From: Callorhinchus milii
Taxonomy: Eukaryota
Assembly: GCF_018977255.1 (NCBI RefSeq)
Contig: NW_024704755.1
Location: 13,392,001-13,456,000, forward strand
Direction: 5' to 3'
DNA: 64,000 nucleotides
A program made the translations under genes and the position numbers. The notes under the pieces were generated by a model. The model had not been told where the DNA came from. It was given only the letters and a program-made list of their open reading frames with translations, and did no database searches. Every line of letters begins with the position of its first letter. Position 1 is the stretch's first letter. This document shows, one piece after another, positions 52,502 through 64,000 of this stretch.

Positions 52502-52620
52502 CCACTCTCCGTTTACTGGGATCCAGGAATTCCAACGAATAGGTTTTCCCAAATCCGGGGGCTCTCACGTCGACTCCCGGGGGGCTTTTCGTTGTCTTGG
52601 TGGTTGCGTTGTAGATCAGC
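52502..52620 (-). CDS. PLA2G15: PLA2G15 exon 3
   Basis: Encodes LIYNATTKTTKSPPGVDVRAPGFGKTYSLEFLDPSKRRV. 119 nt. Confidence 0.96.
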
Positions 52621-55320
52621 CTGAAAGCAAAGCGCACAGATTGCCTGTGAAAATGTGGTTGGAGACAGGAAGCTGGACTCATTAAAGCTCGATACTGTGA
52701 TGGGAGGACAGTAAGTGGGTGTTCTGAAAGGATGAGATTAGATGAGCCGAAGTGCCTTCGTCATTTGAACCTCTCCTGTGAAATAATATATTAATAATAA
52801 TAATAATCCTTGCATTTCATATAGCACCCCCATCCTCTGGAACCCAATCCAGAGTCCCTTCTCTCGCCCGCTCTCTTACCTCCTTCAAGGCCCTTCTCAT
52901 GACCTTCCTTTTAGATAATAATATGATAATCCTTGCATTTGATATAGCGCCTTATCACGTCTTCGAGATATCTCAAAAATGCTTCACAGAATATACTGTA
53001 AAGTGAATCGACTGTATTGGAGCTTCAGCTTATGATGTCAAAACATCTCAAAGCGCTACCAGTTAAGTGCTGTCAAATGTAGTGACTGCTTTTGCAGACA
53101 AACACAGCAGCCGGTTATTATATTGACAATATACTGTAATTGCATACTTCGTGGCTGTTTGTGGGGCACTGCTGTATGCAAATTGCCTACCACGACTGCC
53201 CACAGAATGCAATTCACTGCACTTTACAGTAAAATCCTATAAAGTGTTTTGAGACACTCTCCTGGATGTGTTACATCGCTATATTAAATACACAGATTAT
53301 AATTATTACAATAATAAAGCAGCTGCAAAATGTTTATGAAAAAGCATTGAGTTTTGCAGAGAACCTGAAACGGCTGCACTTATTTCTTATTTTCAGAGGG
53401 TGGAAGTTTACAGGAATGCTTTTGGCTGGAGGTGGGGGGAGAAGACCACTAAACATTTTCTTGGAAAAAAACGATGAAACAGCACTCAACGACCTCGACC
53501 AGCATGTGACCTTATGTTTCCGACTGACTTCCAGTAACCTTCAAATATATCAGGCAAGTCATTGCCGGTCTATAACTCATTAACCTCACAGGCCACAGGC
53601 AAAGCTACACAGTACACTCAGCTCTGGCTCTGAATTTCACCTACGAAATATGCAGTCATCACACTTTACAGTAACCCCTGTCATCCTACTCAGCTCCTGT
53701 TAACCCTGCAAGCCAAAGCCCTAACGGGTTGGGTGGTCCTAGCTTGACAAGCAGCAGGAGAGCTTGCCAGACAGCGATATTAACAGCAAGTGATGTGGTT
53801 TTAGCTGGTTAGACCCCAGCAGTTACCCCAACGCACACTCTGGTGTCCCCAAGCCTTGGCTCTTAGCAACCTGCGCCTAATAATTTCAGCAATAAGGGGT
53901 AAGCAGGATGTGTCTTTCCAGGGAGAGAGTGTGCATTCCTTTCCAACAACTATCTCTGGAATATTTCCATGTGTAGATGGGATGCATGGAATTCTCAGTT
54001 TGGTTTGGGTGCTCGAAAGCATGGTGATGGGTTTTCACGTGTGTCAGACACCCACCCAGCTGACCGCAACAAAAAGTAACTCCTGTGAGAGATGTTCCTT
54101 CCCGGTGAAAGGTGCTATACCAAACATTTAAATTTAAATTTTTAGCCACTCAGGAAGCACAAAAGGGAAAGAATCCAGTGAGCTTACTCCCCAGCCCACT
54201 ATAAAATTGTGTGAATGTCTACCGTAAAACTCATGTAAGTTATGAATTGATTTTGCTCTGGCAGCTGGTAAGTGTGGTAGAGGATATTGACAACATGATG
54301 GCTTAAGTGGTAGTGTAATAATTAAGTATTAATTAAATATTAAATATTAAGCAGAGGGTAATCCTTCAAGAAATAATAAAAAATAATAATTTGGTCACTC
54401 AATCCACGACTGTTTGTGGGACACTGCTGTGCGCAACTGTCTGCCACGGTTTCACCTACAAGACACACAGCCAAGTCAATTTACAGTGTATTCTGTGAAG
54501 CGCTTTGAGACGTCTCAAAGACGTGATAAGGTGCTAAATCAAACGCCAGGATTATATATTATTATATATTATTTAGTGACAAGTATCGAGTTTTCGGGAG
54601 TATTACTGTATTACAGCCGATACTTTTCAAGACCTAACAAACAGTGCTCACTCCTCTCCTCCCCTCCTTCCTGGCCAGTCTCTGCTAAAGCACAAGACCA
54701 GCCCCATGACCATCCTGTGATTCAAGCAAATACAACCAGCTATGCTCAACGTCAATAAGCATCCTCTCCAATAGCTGCATGTTTTTTTTACCCCATTAAT
54801 TGTTAACTTCAGACAGGGCCTGAAGCTGACTAGACGCATCGGTCGGTCTCTGTTACTATCTAGACTAATTAATTGTTCATTAATTAATTATAATCTAAAT
54901 CATAATGCACCTCTTTGGTCACAATCCTCGGCAGCTCGATTTGTTACCTGTGCATCTGTCAAAAGCACAAACTACAGGTCATTTAAAAGGCTGTGGATGC
55001 TGGATCCATTCACATTAAGGCGATATGTCAAATGCAAGGATTATTATCATTAGATTATTTTCAAGACGGGAGTAGATAGATATTTGTTTGGTCAGGGTAT
55101 TAAGGGATACGGGGCAAGGGCGAGTAAATGGACTTGAGGTACAGATTAGCCATGATCTTATAAAATGGCGGAACAGGCTCGAGGGGCTGAATAGCCTACT
55201 CCTGTTCCTATGTTTTTACTACACCTAAAGGCCACTGTTCCACAGCCCGATGACACAGTGAGCGGCCCCGAGACAGCTCTCAGCTCCAGACTGCACTGTG
55301 GGGTTGTTGTCCCTCTGTAC

Positions 55321-55477
55321 CTGATGTTGTCAATCCAGCAGTCGATGATGACAGGCAGCAGCTGTTCCAGATTCAGCCATAGGGTGAAATAATCCTCGGA
55401 CGTCTTTGCGCAGAGATAGTGCACCACAGACGTCTTGTTCAGCTTGGCCTCCAGTTGGTTCCCCAGGTCTCCTGGAA
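55321..55477 (-). CDS. PLA2G15: PLA2G15 exon 2
   Basis: Encodes [53 protein letters not shown]. The PGDLGNQ motif is LPLA2-type (LCAT has PGCLGNQ). 157 nt. Confidence 0.96.
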
Positions 55478-56622
55478 CTGAAGGAAAAAGCGTTACAACT
55501 CGGAACACCCTCAACACACACAGTCACTGCATTGCACAGCAGAGAAAACCTATGAGTGCTCTGAGGCATCCCGACAATGCGATAAGGGGCTTTATCAAAT
55601 GCAAGAATTAATTATTATTATTATTATTACTATAGGAACCAACCTACCTTTTAACTAACTCTTGTTATACACACACACACTTACTCCCACTGAATAGGAA
55701 TCAATTCACCCATTAACTCATTCTCGCTATCCATTTACATACACACATGCACACGCACACACTCTCACGCGAGATGTATTGCTACGTCTTCCATGTCAAA
55801 CTGGGTCTCATCTCATCTCAAATCGTTCTGTGAGGTTGGTCGAAGGACACGGGCTCAGGGTTATCCAGGGGTGCTTCGAAAGGGTTACCTGATGCTGGAT
55901 TCATTTAATAAACAGCTCAATGCTGTGTTGGGAGACCAGTCAGGCGGGTGTCCTGGAAGGATGAGTCCTGGGATATGTGCGAGTGTGTGATGGTTACAGC
56001 CTGGTGCGTGTGTGTGTGCGCGTATTTCACAAAATATACTGTAAAGTATAGCATCTGTGTATTTTGTAGGCGAACATGAACTATTGGGTGGGACTGTTGG
56101 TCAGGAAACTGGGAGAAATTCCCTTCTCTTTTCGAATAGCACCATGGGATCTTTAACATCCACCTTGACAAGACCTTGGTTTTAACATCTCATCCGAAGG
56201 ACGGCATCTCCAACAATGAAGCGCACCCCCAGCACTGTACTGGAGTATTATCTTAGACTGTGCCTTCAAAGTCCTGATACGAGGCTTAAACCCACAACCT
56301 TCTGACTCAAGAGGCGAGAGTGCTACCGAACGACTTTTAACAGGACATCTTGTGATGTGCCAGCCATCTTGTTGTTCTAGAAGTTAATAGTAACTACTTA
56401 ATCCTGGTCCTCGGGTGAGAGGTCTTGGCAAAGAGACTGTGAAGCTGACTCTGTGTCGATGCCATCTCTCCCTGGTAACACTTCCTTTCCCTTACCCACA
56501 GTAAACAGCAGTGCTCTGTCTGAAGATCGTAGCACAGTACAGAAACCACCTCAAACTTAACGCGTTTCCCAAACTAGCAGACGGCAGGTTTGACAGTTTT
56601 CCACCCTGTGCCCCACATCATT

Positions 56623-57075
56623 TCATAGAATCATAGAATTATACAGCACAGAAGGAGGCTGTTCGGCCCATCATGTCTTTGCCGGCTCTTTGAAAAGAGC
56701 TAACCAATTCAATCCCACTCCCCCGCTCTCTCCCCATAGCCCTGCAAACTTGTCCTCCCCAAATAATTATCTACTTCTCTTTTAAAAGCTGTTATTGAAT
56801 CGGCTTCCACCACCCTTTCAGGAAATGCATTCCAGATCCCAACAACTCGCGGTGTGAAAAAAATCCTCCTACTTTTTCAAGTCATTTATATAGATCAAAA
56901 ACAGCTATGGCCCCAATACTGGGGGACACCATTGCACGCTTCCCGCCACTCAGAAAAACAACCGTTCACCACTACACTCTGCTTTCTGTCTCCCAGCCAG
57001 TTCTGTATTCATGCTACCACTGTCCCTTTAATACCATGGGCTTCTATTCTGCTTACAAGTCTTTTATGTGGCACA
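56623..57075 (-). mobile_element. CR1 LINE 3' end
   Basis: Contains tcatagaatcatagaattatacagcacagaaggaggc, the reverse complement of the 49230-49435 tail. Confidence 0.85.
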
Positions 57076-57777
57076 CATACTTCTCAAGTGGTTGTTACGA
57101 AATCAATATTAATATCCTCCTCCGATCCACTATTGGCGGCTGTGCTTTCAGCCACGACGCCCCAAAACTCTGGAACACTCTTACTCTATCCCTCCACCTT
57201 GCCCCTTCCTGCCCGATCTTCTGGTCGGGCCTGAAGACCTCCCTTTTTGACCGTGCCTACGGTCACCTCCGCATCTCCCCGGCTCCGTGTCGCGCTCCGC
57301 CACTGTCAAGGGCTCTGGGACACTAGCCCGGGCGAGGGGCGCTATATAAATCTAAGTTGTCGTTGTAATATCAGGAAGCTTCCCCTCCCCCTTCAATGTC
57401 TCACAAGCCTTTTTTAAGCTCTGGGCAACTGACGATAGATTACTTGCCGAGCGTGAATGCTATGCCTAGGGATCGTGACTGCTGATAGCGCTCACGAGCA
57501 GCTGCGCCACCCTGGGCTAACACTACACGAGCTTCGGGAGATCAGGCCTGAAACTGCAACCAGTCTCATAGCCCGTGAGACGAGTTTTTCTTCACATTCA
57601 ATTCGGGAGTCTCAACGACGTGATGAGTTGCCATATCAAATGCAAGTACTGTATTATTATTCTTACATGCGTATAGCGCCTTTCACGTCGGGAGGACATT
57701 CCAACGTGCTCGACAATCATGGCTACGCACCCGAGCCGGGATCGGGTCTGGAGGCTGCTTTTAAAAGGCAGCATCTA

Positions 57778-57810
<33 letters not shown>

Positions 57811-58427
57811 CACAATAACCACACTTGCATTTGACATGGCGCCTTATCGCGTCGTGGAGACACCTCGAGGCGCTTCACAGGATACTCTTCGAAGCGCAGC
57901 GACCGCGCGCTTTTTTTTTCGCGGGCGGATCTAAAGCGGAACGAGGCTGCGGCGCGAAACCTGGAGCGAGCGCCGTGGAACGACCCCTGCGACGGTTCCA
58001 ACGAATCGCCGGTCGACGTCGAACAGTCACGAACCCCGGCATCGGACGCAGCGCCCTCACCGCGGCGGTGCCCCCCACCTCACCGGGGGGGGGGGGGGGG
58101 GCCGCCCGCCAGCGCTTCGCAGGATCGGCCGCGGAGCGCAGCGACCGCGTGACCTCGCGGGCAAAACGCAGCAGCCAAAAACCGCGCGTGTGTGGACCGA
58201 GTGACCAAATTATTATTATTATTAATATTTTTTTGTGGGGTGGGGGGTGGGGGGAGGGGGGGATTAGATCCAAATGATGGGTGGGGGGGGAGGGGGGGAG
58301 GGGGGGGTTGTAGATGTCAACGTTTTTTTTTAAGGGGAAAAAAAAATCACTGATAAAACATGAACTGCACAACAACCCACAGCGCCTCGGAATGAAACTG
58401 AGGGGAGTCCCTGACGGTGGTCCTCAC

Positions 58428-58551
58428 CCAACACGACGGGGGGTCTCGTCCCACTGCCGCCCCCTCGCCAGGACCCGCCGACACAGCAGCACAGACAGAC
58501 GGCGGCCACCGCCACCACCGCCACCACCGGCACCGGCACCGCCCCGGCCAT
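58428..58551 (-). CDS. PLA2G15: PLA2G15 exon 1 (signal peptide)
   Basis: Encodes MAGAVPVPVVAVVAVAAVCLCCCVGGSWRGGGSGTRPPVVL, a hydrophobic leader plus the conserved PPVVL. Phase-1 donor gtgagg matches exon 2. Lies in a CpG island. Confidence 0.88.
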
Positions 58552-58835
58552 CACTGCCCGGGGATCATCACCAGCACACCCGGGGGGGGGGGAGAGGGGG
58601 GAGAGGGGAGAGGGGGGGGGAGTGGGGGGGGAGAGGGGGGGGAGTGGGGGGGGAGAGGGGGGGGGGAGTGGGGGGGGGAGAGGGGGGAGAGGGAGGGGGA
58701 GAGTGGGAGGGGGTGGGGGAGAGAGAGAGAGAGAGAGAGGCGGCCCGCTGCGGCCCGCTGCGGCCCGCGGGTCAGAACGCCGCTCACACAATGTATCCAC
58801 AGTCAGACAGACGTGAGATCAGACACCGATCCTCC

Positions 58836-59380
58836 CTCACTGCCGCTCACTGCCGCTCACTGCCTGCCCATACCCCCCTGCCCCTACCCTCCCTCCCTCC
58901 CTGCCTGCTCCCCCCCTGCCACTCACTGCCTGCTCCCCCCCCCTGCCACTCACTGCCTGCCCTCCTGCCCCCTGCCCCTACCCTCCCTCCCTGCCTGCCT
59001 GCCCCCCTGCCACTCACTGCCTGCCCTCCTGCCCCCCTGCCCCTACCCTACCCTCCCTCCCTGCCTGCCCTCCTGCCACTCACTGCCTGCCCTCCTGCCC
59101 CCTGCCCTACCCTACCCTCCCTCCCTGCCTGCCCCCTGCCACTCACTGCCTGCCCTCCTGCCCCCCTGCCCACTACCCTCCCTGCTCCCCCCTGCCACTC
59201 ACTGCCTGCTCCCCCCCTGCCACTCACTGCCTGCCCCCTGCCACTCACTGCCTGCCTTCCTGCCACTCACTGCCTGCTCCCCCCTCCTGCCACTCACTGC
59301 CTGCTCTCCCCCTGCCACTCACTGCCTGCTCTCCTGCCACTCACTGCCTGCTCTCCTGCCACTCACTGCCTGCCCTCCTC
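58836..59380. repeat. C-rich minisatellite upstream of PLA2G15
   Basis: Repeated ccctgccactcactgcctg units. An adjacent G tract lies at 58582-58740. Confidence 0.9.
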
Positions 59381-60200
59381 ACATCACACAGCAAGCCACG
59401 CCAGCCACAACACGCCCCCCTCCCCCCCCCCCCCACCCCACCCAACAGGCTCCATCCAACCCGAAGAGGCGACGTTAAGGCGCCCCCCTCAGGCGGCCTT
59501 CACCATCGAAGCCGAGGACGCAGCTCTTTGGCTCGGCTCAGCTCAGCCGTCAATCCATCCGTAAGGATGTCGCAGTACCATTCGAGGGCGAGCGACGTGG
59601 GTTGTCTTTTGAAGCCGGTCAGGACTCCGGCAGTTACCCCCAACGCGCACTCCGGGGTCCCCGAGCCTCGGCTCCTGCCCACCTGCGCCTAATACTTTCT
59701 GGAATTGGGTATAGCAGGGTGCGTCCCGCCAGGGAGGGAGGGAGGGGGAGAGAGAGAGAGAGAGAGAGAGAGCGCCCGTTCCGTTCCAACCATCTATCTC
59801 TGGGATTTCCACGTGTCGGTGGGACGCGTGGAGACCTCAACTTGGTTTGGAGACTCCTTCATACATAATAACAGCCGCAACACTGTAACACGCCCCAACA
59901 TCATAGCGCTGTAGATAATACTTTCCTTTGATACAAAGTCCGTAAGTATCGAAGCTGCTTCACGGGGAAATTAACCAGAACAGTAACGAGTTGCATTGAT
60001 GCAACAACGCCTTTCGCTTCGGGAGGATGTTCCCAAATATAATCGCTGTCGAGTCCAGTGCCTGTGTGTGTTTCTAAGGCGAACGCAGCAGCCAAATTGC
60101 ACACAGCAGTGTCCCACAAGCAGCCGGGAAATGAATGACCGATTGAATTAAGAGTCCAGTGCTGAGGGAGGGCTGCATTGAGAGGTGCCGTCCTTTACAT

Positions 60201-60546
60201 AATAATAATAATAATAATCCTTGCATTTGATATAGCGCTTTTCACGTCGGGAGGACGTCCCAAAGTGCTTCACAGAACACACTGTAAAGTGAATTGACTG
60301 CATATTTGTGGGCGAACGCGGCAGCCAATTGCGCGCAGCAATGTCCCACAAACAGTCGTGGATTGAAAATGACCAATTTATTATTGTTTTTGGTTTTGGA
60401 GGATTATTATTAGGCTCTGTGTGGAGTAAGGAAACTTGCCCAAGGTTTCGCCCTCTGCCTGGAATTGAACTCAGGTCTCTCGCTTGCAAAGCGAGTGCTC
60501 TAACCACTGAGCTACAGGACTCCAGTCATTGAGCTACAGGACTCCA
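60201..60546 (-). mobile_element. Family A SINE inserted in an older DeuSINE fragment, with a duplicated 5' end
   Basis: Full head and tail. The flanks rejoin as gccgtcctttacat|gagac. Confidence 0.9.
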
Positions 60547-61429
60547 TGAGACAGTAAATCGCTCGTGCCGTAAGCACCAGGCTCCATGACCCAATCACAC
60601 CCCCCCCTCGCCCGGCTCCACTGGCTCCTAATCCCTCAGAGGATCCAGTTCAAAATTCTCGTCCTGACCTTCAAGGCCCTCCATGCCCTTGCCCCCTCCT
60701 ACGTCTCTGGCCTACTAACCCCCTTATCAACCTCTCCGCTCCCTCCGCTCAGCAGGCTCTGGCCTGCTCCATGTCCCCCGCCCGGCCTGCCCCACCATCG
60801 GCGGTCAGGCCCTCAACCTCTCTGCCCCCACCCTCTGGAACTCCATCCCAATTTCCCTTTGCCTCATTCCCTCTCTGGCCTCCTTCAGAGCATGTCTCAA
60901 GACCCTCCTCTTTGACCGTACCTTCGGCCACCCTCTCTGCCCTCCACGCTCCCTGATCCAACCCCCTTCACCCCCACCCCCGCTCGGGTCCTAATCCCTA
61001 ATCCCTGACTATTCAGCGCCTTGGGACGTCTGTAGTCCTGGCCAACAATCCCTCAAGTTATTTGACCATTTGCCTCATCGTGCAAGTAGGCAGGAATGTG
61101 CTGGGTGGCAAAATGGCTGACCAGTTTGCCTCTAAAATACGCAGTCACTACACTTGACAGTAATTCCCTATGAAGCACTGGGAGTACGTGGCGTTTGTAA
61201 GTGTATCAAATGTAAGGATTATTATTTGATGTTGAGGAACTCTCTGCTGTTTAACACTTTCCTTCTCTCATTACATCCCTCAATCTCACTCCGTTACCTG
61301 TCCATCATAAGGCAATAGTCGAGACCCATAAAATTTCTCCCCCTCCTTATAACAAGGTGCATTATAATTGACCATGTTATCAGGTCCATTATAAGAATAA
61401 TATTCCTTACATTTGATTTGGCCTCTTTT

Positions 61430-61783
61430 GGAGTCCTGTAGCTCAGTGGTTAGAGCACTCGCTTTGCAAGCGAGAGACCTGAGTTCAATTCCAGGCAGAG
61501 GGCGAAACCTTGGGCAAGTTTCCTTACTCCACACAGAGCCTAATAATAATCCCTCCACACAGAGCCTAATAATAATCCCTCCAAACCAAAAACAATAATA
61601 AATTGGTCATTTTCAATCTACGACTGTTTGTGGGACATTGCTGTGCGCAATTGGCTGCCGCGTTCGCCCACAAATATACAGTCAATTCACGTTACAGTGT
61701 GTTCTGTGAAGCGCTTTGGGACGTCCTCCCGACGTGAAAAGCGCTATATCAAATGCAAGGATTATTATTATTATTATTATTAT
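61430..61783 (+). mobile_element. Family A SINE with a 26-bp internal tandem duplication
   Basis: Full head and tail. Flanked by ttttg on both sides. Confidence 0.92.
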
Positions 61784-62283
61784 TTTGTGTCCAGAGGACG
61801 TCTAAAAGTTACTAAATAGTAATCCTTACATTTGGTATAGCGTCTTATCACGTCGGAAAGACGGCTCAAAGCACTTGACGGGATTTTACTGCGAAATGGA
61901 GTGACTGTGTATTTGTAGGCGAAATTTGCTCACTTGATTCATTGGTTCATTGTGTAATTCGCACACTTAATTAAATGCGGGCGTTATGTAATAGCTCATT
62001 CAAGCTGATAGACGGGCAGAGTTACATCACCTAGCGATGATGGGCTCACAACCAGAGGACTGACTCGGAGAGGGGCAGCGTTCAGACCCCAGGGGCAGGC
62101 TTGTTCTCTGTAAAAAGCCCTCTGGCTTTTCACGGTTGAAAAATCTGCCTGACCTCACCCTGCTTCTGCCAGTCCCCTCCTCTTCCCTTGTTACCTGATA
62201 CCTGCGGAACAGGTTTAGCAGCATTTAAGCCAGGTAAACACAGAGTGTGTGTGAGCACCGAGCTTCCCAGAGAGCGAGAGAGA

Positions 62284-62718
62284 ATGGCTTGCACAGGGCT
62301 AGGCCGCTGTAAGGTCGCTCTGTGGTTTGCAGTTGTCCTCGACATATTGGGGCTCATTGCCTTGCTGGTGGGAATCTTTGCCAAGCTCCAACGAGAGGGA
62401 AGGGACTTTGGGGACCTGCTGATCTACACTGGAGCCATTGTGGTTTTTGTCAGCCTGATCGGTTGGGTGTTCTGGTACACGGGGAACATCGAGATCTCCT
62501 GGGAGGAACTCGAGAGCGACTACCAGCTGAAGGACAACCGTCTGAACCGCATCGTCAGGAAGATCTCCCGGCGCATATCCTGGCGGACCAGCAACGGCAA
62601 GAAAGCTGCCGCCAAAACGGCCGGCTTCAGCTGTCACCCCCACAAGGCCGAAGACATGCAGCTCTCCCCAGTCAGCCCCACCGCTCCGTCAAGGCTCCGG
62701 GAAGTGGCCGTGGAGTGA
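62284..62718 (+). CDS. TMEM238: TMEM238-family two-pass membrane protein (144 aa)
   Basis: Contains GLGRCKVALWFAVVLD...GRDFGDLLIYTGA...WYTGNIEIS...ELESDY, the hallmark TMEM238 motifs. Uninterrupted ORF. Orthologue versus paralogue status is uncertain. Confidence 0.88.
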   Translation: MACTGLGRCKVALWFAVVLDILGLIALLVGIFAKLQREGRDFGDLLIYTGAIVVFVSLIGWVFWYTGNIEISWEELESDYQLKDNRLNRIVRKISRRISWRTSNGKKAAAKTAGFSCHPHKAEDMQLSPVSPTAPSRLREVAVE

Positions 62719-64000
62719 CAGCGCGAGGCTGGTAATAATAATAATAACAACAATAATAATCCTCGCACTTGATTTAGCGACTTATCATGTCGTTGAGACG
62801 TCTCAAAACGCTTCACAGGATAAAATGTCAAATGGATTGACTGTATTTTCGTGGGCGAAAACAGTAGCTAATTGTACACAGTAATGGATTGAGTGACCAA
62901 ATATATAATTTTTTTTGGGGTGGTGGGTGGGGGTGTTGGGGGTGTTATTATCCTCAGAAAGTGATCTGACAATTGATTTACAACCAGATTCCTACTTAAT
63001 GCGAGGTAAACAGAGATGTGTGGATTAAGGAAACTTGGCTAAGGTTTTGCCCCACTTGGGAATCGAACCCGGGTCATTTCGCTTGCGAGGCGAGTGCTTT
63101 AACCAATACGGGACTCGATAAGTCGGTTTAAAGGTGTCTTTTTTCCACATATGCCGGAACAGGTCAGAGAGAGGAGAGCGGGAGAGGGATGAACGATGCG
63201 GAAGGGAGCAAGTGAGAGAAAGTGTGCGCATTATAAGAAACTGGCTGTGCATGGCATTTGTTTCTCACGTGAAGGCGGCCTCAGTCAGTTGCGCTCTCAT
63301 CTCGGGGTCGGAAGATTTTGGGTTAAAACCTCCACTCCAGGAACTTGGATCTATCTATCCCAGTTGATAGATTTTTGGTATGTCAGGCTATTGAGGGATA
63401 TGGGGAGAAAGTGGGAAATTGGAATTGAAAAGATTAGTTGAAGTACAGATCAGCCATGATCTAATCAAATGGCAGAACAGGCTCAAAGGGCTGAATGGCC
63501 TCCTCATGTTCCTATGTTCCTATGATCTCACACTCTAGGCTGATGCTCCAGAGCTGCATTGTTGGAGGTGCTGCCATTCAGGTAGAGACTTGGGATGCAT
63601 GGAATTCTCAGCTTGACTTGAATACTCTTAAGCATGGTGATGGGTCTCCATATGTGTCAAGACATCCGGCTGACCAAAAAAAAAGATGAAGGCTTAAACC
63701 TTAAAGTCACCAGTGATGTTCTGCTCATCTGGGACCAGGGCAGCCTTTGCCTCCTTATACTCCTTGACCTCTCTGCCACTGATCTCCCTGTCCTTCTCTA
63801 CCGTCCCTTCTCCACCTCCACGGTTCTGTCCTTTGCTGGTTTCACTCTTACCTGTCCCAGCGTATTCACTTCATGCCTTCCATTGGTTTCTCCTCTTGTC
63901 CCCGCAGTGAGATGTGGTGCTCCTCAGGGTTCGACCCATGGCCCTCTCCGCTTCATCACATGTATGTGGTGACACCCGAGTCTAACTTTCTGCTTCCACC

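Noticed and set aside
58314-59564. 416-aa and 353-aa plus-strand ORFs
   Set aside because: They run through G tracts and a minisatellite, antisense to PLA2G15 exon 1, and are low-complexity artefacts.
60148-60532. Recurrent ORFs such as WDIAVRNWLPRSPTNIQSIHFTV and GLLLGSVWSKETCPRFRPLPGIEL seen many times in the ORF track
   Set aside because: They are translations of the non-coding SINE, repeated because the element is repeated.

Overview
Eukaryotic, GC-heterogeneous vertebrate genomic DNA, most likely from a cartilaginous fish (inferred from a 68-aa shark-type metallothionein, DeuSINE/L2/CR1 repeats and (ATT)n-tailed SINEs). Gene order: 5' end of NUP93 (-; first coding exon 2691-2869, CpG-island promoter ~12.2-12.8 kb), a canonical 62-aa 3-exon metallothionein (+, 21928-22982), USB1 (-, 7 exons, 35255-27967), a second, divergent 68-aa metallothionein (+, 38833-39478), PLA2G15/LPLA2 (-, 6 exons, 58551-43735) and a single-coding-exon TMEM238-family gene (+, 62284-62718). 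The rest is largely retroposon-derived (young chimeric tRNA-Ala SINE, older DeuSINEs, L2, CR1), minisatellite or G/C low-complexity sequence, plus a 315-N gap. I found no prokaryote-style novel system. The most interesting points are two different MT paralogues split by USB1 with divergent CTCF motifs between them, an MT with an extra Cys, a modular SINE family, and 1-nt frame breaks in USB1 and PLA2G15 that are probably assembly errors. All coordinates were counted by hand. Homology calls come from remembered protein and repeat sequences, not from database searches.
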